From positions 5,580,001 through 5,644,000 of the forward strand of contig NC_081333.1 in assembly GCF_022539665.2 (NCBI RefSeq): a stretch of DNA of 64,000 nt. Reading direction: 5' to 3'. Shown here piece by piece: positions 12,046 to 26,050 of the stretch. Positions within the stretch are counted from its first letter, which is position 1. The number at the start of each line of letters is the position of its first letter. The stretch is from Daphnia carinata (Eukaryota). The position numbers and the translations under genes were made by a program. Below the pieces are notes generated by a model. That model was not told where the DNA came from, made no database searches, and was given only the letters and a program-made list of their open reading frames with translations.

Positions 12046-15031
12046 AACGCCCATATATAGAATAACCCATAGGTTGATATCCACAATTTATGTATAATTA
12101 ACCATACTCATTTGTAGAATCAGTAAACTCACGTCATTTCTTCTTTCACTTTTTCTTGTTTCCCTATCTATAATTAATAAAGACTAGTAAATATAACTGT
12201 AAAAGAAATCGAAGAAAAACGAACTGTTGTGCGTCCTTGGAACAACGCTACACGACCCTACACAGCAATAAATAATCCCCCTCATGACAGCGTCGACGAA
12301 AACGGACACCTGTTGAAACAATCAAGTGACACCTCGAGAGACTTAACGCCGAACTCAAACTTTTGAAAGAGGAAAAAGAAGCTGCAGATTACAAATGGTA
12401 CAATTGACTATATAAGTCGAGAAGTTTCGACCGTCGATCCAACACTCACCATCCAACTACGCCACTGATCACCCGTAATAGAGCGAAGCTGCCGTGAAAA
12501 CCAAGAGAACAACAGAAAAGGAAAAACAACAATCTAAGATGGCGGACGACGATTCACGCCGGCCATGGTTACCCTTTTCTAAACGTGCTTGCTGCTACCA
12601 CGAAGAAAATGACAAAACCCTACAAGACGGTTCCAGTATCGCCACTATGGAAGGGAACCCTTCCAACCGCACCCGTGACTGGTGGAATTCTCAGCTTAGG
12701 AAAACGGTGATGACATGTTCAAATCTATGCTAGGTTTAGACCCGGACAACCACAACCCGCCGTTGTTAGGATTGTCCGATGAGAATTGGGGGACCACCAT
12801 GCAAATCTTATTAAAAAAACTTCGTTTTCCACCGCCATAATCATGTCCCATTACTCTTTCAAGAGTCATGCCACCATGTAACCGTTCCCTGCTTTTACAA
12901 AAATTCTCCGGCTATAGGAAAAAAAGTTCATTCCGTTTTCCGTCCAAAAGGACAAGAGGGAGCATATATAAACAGCGTATAGGAAACAGGGATGTAAGAA
13001 CTCCCTACAAACAGATAGAAAATATATAGGCATAATTAACCACTGAGAGATAGACAAGAATACGAAAATGGTTTTCCCCACGTTAGTGCTATACTCCATT
13101 CTACAATTTGTTTTCCCAAGTCTCATTCTCAGTTTTTTTTCTTCTCCGCCTGAATATTTCTTTTGCCGTAGCTTTCCCTTGAAATTCTAACTTTTGACGA
13201 AGTCTTTTTCCCCCCTCTTTCTTCCTCTCTTTGGTCCCTCGTGCATAAAAAATAAAAACAACAGTCAATATACCCCCATAGCCCTACAGATCTTTCATTA
13301 AAAGACATACGCCTATTCCCCCAACCTCCCACGTCTGGGACAAATTTCCCTTGTCTCAAGCTCAAGTGAGCCGCTTTTCTTTCCCCTACCATAAGTCACA
13401 TTCCTTTCCAGCGCCCTTTTTCTTTCCCCTATTCTCTTTTCAAATATTGGACTGGAAAAAAGCTAGCTTTTGCGTCGTTTGTCTTACCGTTTCGAATAAG
13501 TATTTGTTCGTCACCTTTTGCCTTGCATATATCTACCTTTTCCCTTTGCCTAATGATATGTCGCTTTCCGAATTTCTCTTTTGCATCATTAAGCTCGTTC
13601 TTTCTTCTTCCCAATGATACCAAACATTACATAAAAACATTTACCCTTATATCAGAAAAAGCAAGTTTTTCCATGCCCTTTATTACCCATTATTGCTCGC
13701 TCGCTACTATCGGCAGCTGTTGAAAAGCTGACGGAAGATCGTTGACTTTTCCAAATGCCGCCATATATGTTTCCGCTTCTGCTTATTATTTTTACCTTCT
13801 TTTATATTATCTTATTTGATTTTAAGAAACCCACATGATGACATGAAATGTTTTTTTTTCCAATTATATGAGTTACTTGATATTGAGTGTAATGCTCGCG
13901 ATATATTTTCCATCTATAGAAATGTCACCGATTCCATTCATACTGTTGCTGTGCCTTTACGGGTTACACCTGCAGGCGTTTGAAACAACTATGTGCGACT
14001 TTTCAGAGCCATTGAAGATAGGAATCCTTCAATTATCTGACGCTAATTGTCAACCGATTACCCCTGATAACAAAGCCGTTAAAGTGAAATATGCAATTTA
14101 TAGTGAAGAACGTGCCGCGGCTAAATTTCCCGGATATATTTCAGCAAGATGAGAGAATATACGACGCATCACCATGAGTGTTTTCGGTCGATTAGTGATA
14201 GTGCCGATAACAATGCAATTGATACTTCACCCGCCGAGTGCAACGAAATGATAAACCGTAAACGATGTGATGATAATCGAATGACTATTTCGGACGATAA
14301 ATATCGGTTTGACCGCGAACCCGAAATTTTCGGAAATTCGTTACAAACAATCGATTCTTAAATTATCAATCGTGTTCTCGAAAAATTCCAACTTATTCAA
14401 CAAAATGAGGACGCAGATTTTGAGACACCTATCGGAACAGTTTCCGCCACGACCGGTAATTTGTCACACAATCATCTAACGCGGATTTGGGACAAAACCC
14501 ATACCCAGAAGACTAGATTGAATACTCGATTTGTGGAAGATGGAATAGGCACGTTGGTTCAACTAGCGTGAGACGAGGAAATTTTCAGACTCCAAGACGA
14601 TGTCAAGCAACTTGATTTCCATCTGGCACCTCTGCAGCGCTATACTTCCATACAAAACGATTGCTCCAATAGGACTTTGAGATGGTCGTTTGGTCGTTTG
14701 AGATTATCGGCCAATCAAAACTCACCGTTGCGACAGCAAACATGGAAAATTTTACAACAACTTTGGAGACTCCAGCGCCACCTACCGACGAAAATTTAAA
14801 CGTGCCCGCGAATATGCAATATATTCGAGACCAACTCGCTGATCATGAGAATGAATTGGCAAGACAAATTCGATTAATGCAATTTGAAGCTCGTAAAGCC
14901 AAACATGAAAGGGCTATTACAACTGCGCTATATAACGGATGGTTAGCAGCTTCGCAGTAAAATTTACCGCAATGCACAAAATTACAAGCCTTCGGAAAAA
15001 CGGCTGTACCGATTCAATGTAAGGCCAATGT

Positions 15032-16720
15032 CTAACAGTAAAAGTACCCACACGCCAGAGAATCCAAATGTACCTGTCTTCTCTTTTGGTACCCGGAAAA
15101 TCCGCTACGAGCGCCACCTGTTCATTTTCCCTTGCTTACGATGCTTCTTAGTCCTCTCAGTGGTCTTTCTGTCAAAAAGTACTATTTTTAATTATAATTT
15201 TAAATAACCAATAACTTGGTTAAATTTATACGAAAAACAAAAAAAAAATTCATTTAAACTTCATCAACAAAATAACACCAAGTTTAAATGCGATTAGTCA
15301 ATTTTTACTAGAAAAAGCCTAAGTCTTTGTGCAGAAAAGGCTTATAACACGCAATAGAAGAAATGGATTAACGACTGTTCGACGAGAGCATGTCTTCGTC
15401 TTTATCGTAACTTTTAAAATGTTCAAAATAAAAGGTAGTTAATGTATTCTAGCACGGGCTGAATACAACTGAGACACTGTGGTTCTCTCCTTTACATCTA
15501 ACCAGTTGATTAAAAAATAATCCCGTATTATATTGAATTATACAATGGAGGGTGAACGAGCCTAATCGATGCCGAAGCCTTAAGGATGGCCTGCTTTGCG
15601 CAGCGATAGTGCGTTACATGGTGAAAAGAAAGAGGAGAGAACCCACTACTATGGGTGAAGATCATTAAAAAAAAACTGTAAATGCATCATGAAATTCATT
15701 GGTAATTTAAGAAAAAGAAAAAAAAAGATCCATGAATAATTGGAGAAAGTTCGTGCAATCCTTTTCGCGCATTCACACGCGATGGAGTTCATCAAAACTC
15801 GTTTTTTCAATGATTACATATTCCCACCTAATTAAATGCATAAGCTTCCATTTCGAAGCTCAGTCAATAGGATGTGTATATCTTTCGATTAAATTTAATC
15901 CTTATACCAATAAAATGCTAATGCAGAACTCTATAACCCTGTTGCATATTATAGAGGGTACATTTGACAAGAGAAGAACCCTATATATTTTATATACCCG
16001 GACGTCAATCAATCACAAAAGTTTCAGACTGGATTTGAACTTGTGCCATGTGACATCATCCTCTCTTTTCGTTGCCTCTTTTCTTTCTTTTTTTTAACAC
16101 TAGATCAATCTTTCCAAAACAAAAAAATGATGACCCATCGTCTGTTCACAGCTGGATTTATTATATAGAATCTTTCAACCTTTTTTTATGTTTTGTAATT
16201 TTTTTATAACAAAGAACTGTTACCAAATGTGAATTATTTGTGCAAAATATTGTCGCGTCGGAAATATTCGATTCGTCACCGCGGTAGCGACAACAGCGCT
16301 AGGATGGAAATCCCGCCCCAGTTATGGCCGTCCTTTGGAGCACCACCCTCGTCGCCGGATATAAAAGGGGTGACTTGGCACACCTGTTTGGCTTTTTGAT
16401 TAATTGGTTAGGGCAGTAGTTAGCAGTTGTGTCATTAAACCTTCTGGTGAAATACACATTATCTTTTAATCTGAAGCACAACGTCTCTATCTTGGTACAA
16501 GATCCATGGCCGTGACAATCTACTCAAATGCAAATTATATGCAAATTTTGTCATTTCCCATTTAATTTCATTTATTATTCTTGTTTTCTCCCATGCGCTA
16601 TTCAGCGCAAGGGGTACTGAACAAGTGGCGCTCCTAGCGGACGTCTTGCGTACCAAAACGGCATATGGGTACGTCTGGCTTCTCTCGCCGGCTGTCTCCT
16701 GTGGGTACGTCTCCTGTTAG
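15032..16720. mobile_element. Non-autonomous TIR element, superfamily unassigned
   Basis: Termini CTAACAG...CTGTTAG; ~100-bp imperfect TIRs (GTACCCACA, TCCGCTA.GAGCGCCAC.TGTTCA); flanked by ATGT/ATGT. Confidence 0.8.
16251..16517 (+). repeat. Solo LTR of the Gypsy 2 family
   Basis: Reverse-complement match to LTRs 20606-20873 and 29822-30076; TG...CA; flanks ATAT/ATCT. Confidence 0.92.
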
Positions 16721-17346
16721 ATGTGAAACCATACCGACATCTTGCGGACCGCAACCAAAATTTAAAAATTATACGATCAATCTTGACGGATGGGAACTTG
16801 TGGAATATTCCCCTTGCTACTGGACCGATGGTTTTGTTAATTTTAATGACAAACCTTATGCATTTCGTAACGACACCTGGATGCCAAATTGAAGCCAATA
16901 TTGTGTTACCGGAACAGACGCTTGCGCATTCTTTTCGGTATGAAGATGTTGGGTTTTTCCACTACGAACATCAAAGCAATCCGGCATATACTGACAATAT
17001 GCTAAACCACATGAACATTATGGCCGATATCGCTGCTGCAATAAGTGAATATTCTCCACCTAAATTTGCATTACGCCATAAACAAAGTGCATCGACTGCT
17101 TTAATGAAGGCAGCTGGTGTCGGAACCTATACATCTTGATGGGAAACTATCAAGAATTACTTCTTCATCGGCATATAATGTATTTTGCTTCTACTCTTCT
17201 TACGTATATGCTACGCTTGCAGTTTTTTCACTTTCATCTGGGCCGTCTGGTGTCGCCCTTCAGACGACTCAAGACTAACACCTTCCGAATCTATTTTAAT
17301 GCATCAACTCTGATTATGGGACGTAATCTCACACTGCCGGGAGTGA

Positions 17347-17862
17347 TGTAACGAAGCTGAATACATTACTTTTAACTTCTTTCTCTTTTAACCCAGCAAC
17401 TGAGGAAGATCAGACTAAAACTTACAGCCGAATACAGCAGTTACCACCATCTCTCTCGCTTTTATTAGTAGTATTGTGCATTACTTGCTGTTTTATTAAC
17501 CAAGTCGGTTCAGTTAAACTTCTTTTGAATTAGAGTTATTCACGGTATTCGATTGCCTATTCTTCTTGTTTGTCGTTCCTCTTGTTTGTGTATCGCTTGT
17601 GTGGAAGTTGAATATCACGTTTACTTCGTGTCGTTTCTCTTCCATCCTTATACTAGTGTAAACACGGTAAGACTGAATTCGAATCGTTTCTTCTTTTAAC
17701 TTGTTCCCTGATGTTTCTTCTTCTGTGTTCTCTTATTCTTCTGATTCTTATGTTTTAGCTTAAAAGTAATACATACGCCATTGTGGGTAATTGCCAACGA
17801 GTTCTTTTATTCATTGTCTAAAACTCGTAAAGTTATCTTCCCAGCGGGAAGAATGCTTTACA
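17347..17862 (+). repeat. Gypsy 1 3' LTR
   Basis: TGTAACGAAGCT...GGGAAGAATGCTTTACA after purine-rich GGGAGTGA; termini match solo LTR 39324-39993. Confidence 0.8.
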
Positions 17863-19530
17863 ATATGTAAACAATATAAAAACATGGTTAAATATATGTG
17901 TGTTTAAGGCCAATAAACTCTAACACAAAGAGCCTTATGAATTACATGTAAACAGGATCAAACATACGTGTATTCAATAAGAACACAACACCGAATTTAT
18001 AAGCTAGCTCAAACGGTCGAGGTCTAACTGCAGAAGTATTTACTCTGCATTTCTTTTGGTACTATGTTATTGCCATTTTTAATTATTTGTCAATGTAAGT
18101 AGGCGTAGTCTTCATCTTTGTATTTTTATTTTAGGTTGTTTTCCTTTCAAAAAGAGAAATGCAATTGTAATTTTAGCGCTGAAGAAGCTGAAAATGATCT
18201 TATAGGAAAAAGAGCCGAAATTATTCTAGAGAAACCAATTTAGCTATGTTTTGTGCTTTTTTGCGAAAGATAAGAACCAATTGAAAAGGGCCAAAAGTCG
18301 GAACCTACTAGAAAGAGAATGATAAAGGAAACGAAAGATTGGTTAGGAAGGAATCAATATGATTTTGTTTTTTATTAATCATTAGTTTTGTAGTTTTATC
18401 TTGTAATTTTTGTTTACGTTCGGCACAGGAGCTTAACACTAAGGCACAAGTGCAATCAATTTTTATGTATAGTAATCCTAAACGGGGATATTATGCGAGT
18501 CATACCGAGATGACGCAGATGGTTTTCTTTTAATTGGTTGGTTCAATTGGTATTCAGTTGTTTTTTTTACATGCAACAGAATCTTGGGAGAGGATTCATT
18601 TTATTTTAAGTATGGAAAGTCAAACGTTTGGCTGTCGATTGGCTTGTATTGTCATATCAATACATATTTAAATTTCTATCATATTTTTTTGTCGTAGGAA
18701 GTTACGCTGATAAACCGCCAGCAAAGAAAATTCAAGAAAATGATGTAATCAACATAAAGAAAGACAACATCTCAACTGAAACGCAGTGCAATTTGCTTAA
18801 AAAAAAAGACCAAGCACATTTGAAATTTAAAAAGAATTCCAGATTTTTTTTTTGCATTTTAGTGGTTCAATAAACGCTGTGATACAATGTGTTTTATTAA
18901 CTACATTTGAACCGATATTTAAAAAAAATAGAAACCCACAAAAGCAAGAGCAAAGTAAGAAAAACGTAAAAAATACACATAGAAAGGCACCTGCTAAATA
19001 AGAAAAGACCAAAGAACAAATCCAATGCCTCAAACGTAAGAAAACAAAAAAAACATTCGTTGAAAACTGTTGCACTCCCTGTTTTGAGCTTGTAAAGATA
19101 AATGATGCAGCTCTGAAAATAAGCGAAGCTGCAGAAACAAACTATATGGAATTATTTCAAAACATGGAGGTCGAATAAATATACCGGTTATCAGTTATTG
19201 ATTTCGGTAGGTTTGGTGAAAAAAAAACGATTAGCAATTGATCAAAATTAAACATACAATGCTTTGAGCATTAACGCTAGAAGCATTAATGTTTACTATA
19301 TTTTCTTTTTTACAAGCAAAAAACGAGCTTTCTTTTCGCTACCTGTAAGTTGTTAGGCAGAAATTTTAAATATCGAGTGTAGAAGGAGACAACGTCACAC
19401 CTTATGCATCGTCAAACAGAGTGCTAATTGCTTTGGGAAAGGCAGAAGACAAAAATAAAAGGCTGAAATTAATCGAAAACCAGTAATTTGTATCTTTTTT
19501 CACTTCTATTTTTGTTTCAAGCTTTTGATT

Positions 19531-20605
19531 TATATTTGATTCTGTTTGAATGTAGATATTGAAACTTAATTTATCAAACTATATTCACATTGAATACACG
19601 TATATTTGATACTGTTTGAATGAAGTTCATGAAACTGATTCTATAACACTATATTCACATTGAATACAAGAATATTTGATGCTGTTTGAATGTAGATATT
19701 GAAACTCACTGTATCACACTATATTCACATTGAATACACGTATATTTGATGCTGTTTGAAGGTACATATTGAAACTCACTGTATCACACTATATTGACAT
19801 TAAATACATGTATATTTGATACTGTTTGAGTGTAGATCATCAAACTGATTCTATACACTATATTTACATTGAATACACGTATATTTGATACTGTTTGAGT
19901 GTAGATTTGAAAGTCACTGTATCATACTATATTCCTATTGAATACACGTATATTTCATATTGTTTGAATGAAGGTCATGAAACTGATTCTATAACAATAT
20001 ATTCACATGGAATACACGTATATTTGACGCTGTTTGAATGTAGATATTGAAACTCACTGTAACACACTATATTCATATTGAATACACATATATTTGATAT
20101 TGTTTGAATGAATATAATGAAACTGATTCTATAACACTATATTCACATTGAATACACCTATATTTGATGCTGTTTGAATGTAGATATTGAAACTCACTGT
20201 ATCACACTATATTTACATTGAATACACGTATATTTGATGCTGTTTGAATTTAGATACTGAAACTCACTAAATCATACTATATTCACATTGAATCCAAGTA
20301 TATTTGATATTGTTTGAATTAAGATCATCAAACTGATTCTATAACACTTTATTCACATTGAATACACATATATTTGATACTGTTAGAATGAAGATATTGA
20401 AACTGATTCTATAACAATATATTCACATTGAATACACGTATATTTGATGCTTTGAATGTAGATATTGAAACTCACTGTATCACACTATATTCATTTTGGA
20501 TACACATATATTTGATTATGTCTGAATGAAGATCATGAAACTGATTCTATAATACTATATTTACATTGAACAAACGTATATTTGATGCAGTTTGAATGTA
20601 GATAT
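19531..20605. repeat. 70-bp satellite, left diverged block
   Basis: Tandem units of GTATATTTGATGCTGTTTGAATGTAGATATTGAAACTGATTCTATAACACTATATTCACATTGAATACAC. Confidence 0.97.
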
Positions 20606-20873
20606 TGTCACGGATATGGATCTTGTACCAAGATAGAGACATCGTGCTTCATATTAAAAGACAATGTGTATTTCACCAAAAGGTTTAATAACACAACTGC
20701 AAACTAACTGCCCTAACCAATTAATCAAAAAGCCAACCAGGTGTGCCAAATCGCCCCTTTTATATCCGGCGACGAGGTTGGTGCTCCAAAATACGGCCAT
20801 AATTGGGGCAGGATTTCCGTCCTAGCGCTGTTGTCGCCACCGTGGTGTCGACTCGAATATTTCCAACGCGACA
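20606..20873 (-). repeat. Gypsy 2 3' LTR
   Basis: 268 bp, TG...CA; about 11 substitutions and a 13-bp indel versus the 5' LTR (counted by eye). Confidence 0.95.
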
Positions 20874-21388
20874 TCCCCCTCCTTAAGTCGCGACTAGTCC
20901 CGATCGCGCTTGTGTGCCAGGAAAATAGAAGTCTAAAATCTAATATTTCTGTTACGGGGGAGAGACGGGTTACACGACATTGACTTCACTGATAAAGGGG
21001 AATAAAGTAAATAAAAGCATTTTCTACGAATAAAAGTTGGGGCCGCCGCCACGCCATCTAGCGCTTGCAGTATAAATACTCATCGGCCAGCCAAGAGATG
21101 GCGTGGGCGAGTTAGCGTCCTTTTCTACCCACGCTATTCAGTCTCTTCTCAACTCTAGAGCCAACAAAGCCTCGTTCCTACTGTTTTGCTAAAGTGCCGA
21201 TCTAGTGCCGATGTTTGTGTTAGTCTAACAAATAAATTGACATTAATAATATACATGACAATAATAAACAAACATTTACCACAAAGTTATGTGAACACCA
21301 AAAAGAGTAAGTAAAAATCAGACTACTGTGGGACTACAAACACACATAAAATTAGTCCAATACAGGCAGAATTACACTTCCTCCTCTA

Positions 21389-23290
21389 TCAACGCTTCAT
21401 GTGTCGCAAGGCGGCGTTTAATTCGGCCACTCGGTTGGAAAGACTTCCAAGCGTGAAAAAGGCATAGTGGCGAGAGAAGAACGCGAATAATGATAGGCCG
21501 GTACATACAGCCACCAGTACGGTGACCCATTCGTAGGGGTAACGAATTGTCCCTAGACGATCGACGCCTTGTCTCACTTGCTCCTCTTCTTCCAATGAGC
21601 GTAAGTTTTGTGCCATCAGGGAAATCCGTGCTTGCGTCATAGTGCGGCGAGAAAATAACGTGGCATTGTTCCAGTCCGTGATATAACGAGGTGGTAGGTT
21701 TGTGATATCAGGTGCCTTTGTCCTCTTGCCACACTTGTCCTACGTCCTCTATTTCGGCTAAAGAAAGGAGTGTTCTATTGATAGAAGAATGACGGATATT
21801 CTTCTTGAGGCTGGCTTGGAAGATCCAGTCATCCGTATATGCCGAAAAGGACATGGGCACTTCGAATATGTTGAACGACTCCCGTTTGATTATCGCATTC
21901 GACGTCCGTCGATTACTTGGACAGGATATCGTAATTGTGGTATCTCTGACAGCATAGAATCCCCAGCGGCGATTTCCCAAATACGCCGTCTGCTGTCCAT
22001 CCCTCTTTGACAATTTGGTCGCACAATTGACTTAATTCTTCATCTTTTAAAAATAGGGCCATGGCGCATCCCGGCTCGCGGTGTTTTTTGTTGATGGCTC
22101 TGCTTATTGGACAAATCGCCGTAGGTGATGTAAAGCAACGAGACGTGTCTTATGCTGATAGTTCAACAAATGTTTGTTGGTCGGTTGCGACAGCCAGATA
22201 CGGTGGCAAAGGATGAAATTGGGCACCTTGTGTCGCATTATTCACCGGGCGCGGCAGACTAACAACTTCGTAAAGCGTAAAGCTAAATGGGAATTCAAAC
22301 ACAGGTAGGTGAATAAAGATCCTTAAAAAGTCATCTACCGCGGCTACTAAAACCGTGGCTTCTTTATAAAATTTCCAAACATCACCCATTTGGACTGAAG
22401 GACTCAGCGTCCAACCCGTTGGCAAGGTGTTTTTCACTTCTTTAAACACTAACTCTACTTGCTTAGGTGGAAAAACCGTAGCTGGTAGCCTTTCGGTCGC
22501 CATTGTCGCTAGCACAACCGGGAAATTGGTCACCGATTCGTCTATCCAAGCGAGGGACTTCTGAACGTGCCGAAAGACATTATCGATCTTCTCGGTGGCT
22601 GACGCTTGCCGCTCCATTTCTTGCTGGAAACCTCCAACTTGTTGGCTGATCTTCCATGCTTCGGCTTCGACGTGGTTAAAGGCGACCCGTAACTCTCCGA
22701 TGGCTTTTACTGCAGCCTGAGTTTTCCACACAGTTTCATTAATTAGAGATGCGTGAACTTCTATGGCATGCACAATTGACGTGGTTTCTGTGGATAATTT
22801 ATTTATTCTCTCGTTCACATGTTCTAGGTCTTCCTGCGTGGCTACTCCAAACAGCCAGTTTAGGATCTTTCTTCCGCCATCAGCTATTGCTCTCTTCCTT
22901 CTTGGATCCTTTATTCCGACGGCCTCCTTCAGCTCATTAAGTTGTCGATGGCTTTCACGCAGTTTTTCCATTTCTACCTGCGTGCGAACATTCAGTTGCC
23001 GCCGAAAACGTTCTTTAAATTTGTCTTCCAAGGCGTTGTTCCGGTAAATCAATGTACCCATTCGCACTTCCAATATAAACTGTAATTGTTTAATGACTTT
23101 TTCTAGAGTGTCGAAGATGAAGTCGGAGACAACTATCCATTCTGAGTCTGAGAAAGCTACTTCTTTTTCGGGATTGAAGATTACTCCTTGGTAGGCCACG
23201 ATCTCTTTTGCCGATATTTTTACCGGCGGATTTATCGTCAAAAACAGGAAAAAAAATGGTAGTGCTAGTATGAATTGCTTCTTCGGTATC
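21389..23290 (-). pseudogene. env: env, baculovirus F/errantivirus-type class I fusion protein, disrupted
   Basis: Hydrophobic signal FILALPFFFLFL; furin site RRKR followed by fusion-peptide-like AIADGGRKILNWLFGVAT; heptad region; TM WVTVLVAVCTGLSLFAFF; premature stop at 22150. Confidence 0.85.
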
Positions 23291-26050
23291 CTTCCTCGAG
23301 CTGATCGTCCTAAACCAGTCCCATCTGGGGCTGCTGTTGGTATTCCCGGTACCGGTACCGCCCGCAGGCGGGATCCCCACGCATGCATCCCTTTCTTGAT
23401 TCCGTTGACCATCGTCTATTTCCAGGGCCACGGACCCTTCTGGTTTGGCAGTCGGCGACGCGTCACGTAAGTTAGATTGTGATGACTCCGGGGGTATATC
23501 CTTGCTGTCTGGCTTGGAGAACGGTGGAGTTCCAACAACACCAATGCATGATTTCATACGCTCGACATGTACTATCTCTGTCTTGGGCGAGCGGCCTAGG
23601 CGTATTTCGTAGTTGCTTGGGGTGGTCTGGCGTACCACTTTATACGGACCATACCACCGATGCAAAAGTTTTTCAGATCTTCCTACCTTTCGAATAGGTT
23701 TGTACACAAGAACTTCGTCTCCAGGCAGGTAAGTGGGTGCTTCTCTCCTGTTCTTGTCATACTGCTCCTTTTGGTCTTGGTGTATAAGGGCTGCTCGCTC
23801 CTGTACTAACAATCGTACCTGTCGGAGACGTTCGATTGCCCATTCGGACGGATCCCTGTCCTTCGGCGCCACAGGGTTGGGATCCACGCCTACCATAGCG
23901 TCGATGGGGAGAACGGCTTCTCTCCCATACACCAAGTAAAATAGCGTCTTTCCGGTAGTCTCTTGACGACTGGTATTGTACGCGAACGTCACGTAGGGTA
24001 ATGACTTATCCCAGTCCCGATGATCGGAGCTGACATACATTGAGAGCATGTCAGACAGCGTGTGATTAAGCCGTTCCACCAAGCCGTTCGCTTGCGGACG
24101 ATAGGCCGTTTTCATACGGTGGTTAGTCTCCATGGCCTTCAGCACATGTTGGGTGAGTTCTGCGATGAAACAGCGGCCTCTATCCGTGGTTAGCTGGCGT
24201 GGTGCACCATGACGTAACAACACACTTTTTATTAGAAAATCGGCCACTTCTGTAACGTCGGCACTTGGAAGCGCTCTAGTCTCTGCCCATTTCGTCACAT
24301 AATCTACTGCCACAACGATGTGTTTGTTCTCCATTTTTGATAGTGGGAACGGACCCAGAATATCTATTCCCAACCTTTCAAACGGACGTTCTGTTTTTAT
24401 TACTTCCATGTATCCGGCTGGCCGCTGGTACAATGACTTACAAGATTGGCATTCTTGGCAACTGCGAACGAATTGACTAACCTCTTCGTCCATTTCCTCC
24501 CAATAGTAACGAGCTCGCATTTTCGCTAGAGTGCGTCTCATTCCTAGGTGTCCTGCCGTGATGTCATGATGGCAAGCGCGCATAACCTCTTCTTTGAACG
24601 TTTGAGGCACACACAGTTTTAAAAGTCGTCCATCATCGACGATCTTCCCGCGAAAAAACAGGCCATCCTGAATTCGATACTGCCCTCGGAGTTTTCCTCG
24701 TTTGATTGCGGCAAACACCTGATCCCATTCCTCTTGCTGGGCGCGTTGTAATTTTTCTTTATTGTCATGATCGATGCTTAAGTTTGCCAATATGCAGTTC
24801 AGAGACTCATCTGTCTCTGTGACAATGTTGACTGGATTACGCGATAACGCGTCCGCATCCGTATGTAGTCTTCCGTTACGGTGTACGATCCTTAGTAAGA
24901 ATTCTTGTAATTGCAGACTCCAACGAGCCAAACGTCCGGCCAGATCCTTTCTACTTAACAGCCAACAAAGCGCATGATGGTGAGTCACAACCACGGTCTC
25001 AATCCCCCAAATGTAGCTTCTAATTTTTTTCACCGCCCAGACCAACGCAAGGCATTCTTTTTCCGTGATGGAATAATTGTTTTCGCCTTTTGTCAAGAGA
25101 CGGCTCGCGTAGGAGAGGGGTCTTCCCACGTTGTCGATGCGTTGTAATAACACTGGTCCAAGACCGTAATCACATGCGTCAGGATGGATCTCGAAAGGCT
25201 TGAAAAAATCAGGATATGCTAACGTAGCGGCCCTAATCAGCGCTTGTTTCAATAATTTGAAGCTTTCTTCTTGAGGTTCTTCCCGTACGAAGCATGCTTC
25301 TTTTTTGAACATGTCCGTTAAGGGTTTAGCAACGTGCGCAAATTGCGCAATGAACCTCCTGTAGTAGGAGCAAAGTCCTATAAAGCTCCTAACGCATTTC
25401 AGTTGGTCAGCGGGTTTATGTAAGGAACAAAGAGACGGAAACCTTTCAATTGCCTTTAGTTTTTCCGGGTCTGGGCGTATGCCTTTCCCACTCATTACAT
25501 GTCCTAAAGCTTTCACTTCTCGGGCTGCAAATTGGCACTTCACTAGTTTGATCTCTAATCCTGCTTTGTGTAAGGCACTCAGCACCTGCCGAAGTCGTAG
25601 TAGATGTTCCCTCGTATCTCCTGCGTAGATGATGATATCGTCCAAGTAGACGAGGCAGATAGTCCATAGGGTTTCCTCAATCCGCGGTAGTGGATAAATT
25701 CGCCTAGGGATGCCACTGTCCCCGTCTTCTTATACTGAACCACCAATCGCTCGAACTGGCTTAGGAAATCGTTCCCTAACAGTAGTTCGATTCCTTTCAT
25801 TTCCAAGAGAATGATTTTTCCACTGGCCTTGTGGCCCTGATGTTCAATTTCCAACTGAATGGCACCAAGAGGTTGTGTACTCTGACCATTTACCATAATG
25901 ATGGCCGGTCCCTCCCATTCCACCAGCGGCGCTTTTAGCTTTTCTTGAAGGCTCGGCGAAGCAACTGAAATTACGGCTCCGGTATCGATAACTGCCTTGA
26001 CGGCTAATCCTTTACAGTTGACTTCTTCGAATATGAGCCGCGGTGAGTAG
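23290..26050 (-). pseudogene. pol: Gypsy 2 pol: protease, N-terminally deleted RT, RNase H, integrase
   Basis: VIDTGA; WTICLVYLDDIII directly after protease (deletion near 25680); DACDYGLG; NYSITEKECLA; GHLG..C..C; GIDILGP; TDRG; NGLVER; YGPY. Confidence 0.93.

Larger units (their letters stand above)
13922..17260 (+). pseudogene. env-like viral glycoprotein (class III fusion protein-like), split by insertion 15032-16720
   Basis: Splice-acceptor-like TTTTCCATCTATAG just before the ATG; signal peptide MSPIPFILLLCLYGLHLQA; Cys-rich ectodomain; helix QYIRDQLADHENELARQI; hydrophobic stretch near 17160-17220. Confidence 0.7.
6811..17862 (+). mobile_element. Gypsy LTR retrotransposon 1 (3' part), decayed, env-bearing
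   Basis: RT-RH-IN, long spacer, glycoprotein ORF, then LTR TGTAAC...TTTACA. Confidence 0.85.

Noticed and set aside
17863..19530. Decayed exon-like fragments
   Set aside because: No recognisable motif; short AT-rich ORFs only
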